DNA of 27,241 bases from an uncultured Lachnospiraceae bacterium (GTDB lineage Bacteria > Bacillota > Clostridia > Lachnospirales > Lachnospiraceae), in the NCBI GenBank assembly GCA_900557385.1, contig USSP01000001.1, positions 1 to 27,241 on the forward strand, written 5' to 3'. Below the pieces are notes generated by a model that saw nothing but the letters and a program-made list of their open reading frames with translations, made no database searches and had not been told where the DNA came from. The translations under genes were made by a program, and so were the position numbers. Each line of letters starts with the position of its first letter. Position 1 is the first letter of the stretch. Positions 26,386-27,241 of this stretch are shown piece after piece.

Positions 26386-27240
26386 TTAATCATAATATTT
26401 ATCAAGCTCGTATTCGCATTTTTCGTATTTTTCAATCTTTGGCTCTTTATAAATTTTACCTCGGCAAACAACCATATATGGCTGAGATAGCGCACGAAAA
26501 TCATCAAGCGGATTTGAATTTGACACGAGGATATCGGCGCACTTGCCGACCTCGATACTGCCTGTAATATCATCAATTCCCAAAATTTTCGCATTATTGA
26601 GAGTGGCGGTATAAAGCGCAAAAGCAGGCGATACGCCGACGTTCTTTTCAAAATAATGAAGTTCACGCCACATATTATAATGGGTGGTATAGGGGCAGCC
26701 CGTATCTGTTCCCAGCCCGACGGTAATGCCGTTTTCAAGCGCTGTTTTTGAGCCTAAAATCATATTGTTATAAACAATGTTTGAATTATATTGCACCGCC
26801 TCGCTGATACCCAAGGTTTCACGTTCAAATTTTGCCATAGGAAGCGCAGGCGAAATTGTGCAAACCAAAACGGCATTGTGCTTTTTGAAAGCATCAATTT
26901 CCCTTTGGGTAAGAGTAGAGCCGTGCTCGATTGAATCAACTCCGTTTTCAACGGCACACCTTACACCCTCAGGGCTTTGAACGTGAGCAGCAACTTTAAC
27001 ACCGTAGCCGTGCGCCCTGTCACAGCAAGCCTTAATCATACCTGCCTTCATCATAAGCTTACCCGGCTCACCCTTAACCTTAGCGTCCATAACTCCGCCC
27101 GTAATCATCAATTTAATTAAATCTACGTTTTGACTTTTCAATTCGTCAACCATTTTGACTGCGTCCGCCACGGTTTGGGCAGGACGTGTAACAGAGCCTA
27201 CCATATGGCCGTTCGGCACGCCGATAGCAAAATTCGCTGA
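26386..27240 (-). CDS. Metal-dependent amidohydrolase (Xaa-Pro dipeptidase-like subgroup), 5'-partial
   Basis: DLIKLMITGGV, VAAHVQS, SIEHG, GTDTG and GSIEVGKCADILV; the frame is open to the window edge. Confidence 0.88.
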   Translation of the reverse strand, partial: SANFAIGVPNGHMVGSVTRPAQTVADAVKMVDELKSQNVDLIKLMITGGVMDAKVKGEPGKLMMKAGMIKACCDRAHGYGVKVAAHVQSPEGVRCAVENGVDSIEHGSTLTQREIDAFKKHNAVLVCTISPALPMAKFERETLGISEAVQYNSNIVYNNMILGSKTALENGITVGLGTDTGCPYTTHYNMWRELHYFEKNVGVSPAFALYTATLNNAKILGIDDITGSIEVGKCADILVSNSNPLDDFRALSQPYMVVCRGKIYKEPKIEKYEKCEYELDKYYD

Positions 27241-27241
27241 A

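Overview
This is a Bacillota (Clostridia) chromosomal window that looks like two different DNAs joined inside one gene. The left part (1-~19200, Lachnospiraceae-like, CTG/CAG-rich codons) opens with the 3' end of a membrane-anchored surface protein, a frameshifted AraC regulator, a secreted beta-solenoid protein and an ECF sigma/anti-sigma pair. A low-GC accessory hotspot follows (6.2-8.4 kb): an MNT-HEPN toxin-antitoxin-type pair, an unexplained array of four ACMYATAA-N20-TTATRKGT inverted-repeat units, and abutting remnants of hipA, an Rpn-like gene and a ribokinase. Next come two esterase/MFS/regulator cassettes, separated by a promoter-bearing Rpn-like C-terminal fragment, and a YesN/YesM-type two-component system. 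Codon usage switches abruptly at the kinase H-box (QINPHFLYNTLD, ~19192-19227). The right part carries a sensory sugar-binding lipoprotein, an mglBAC-type ABC transporter, an InlB B-repeat membrane protein, a PfkB kinase and a partial amidohydrolase. I saw no rRNA, tRNA, CRISPR array or intact transposase/integrase. All family calls come from motif recognition by eye, not from database searches.
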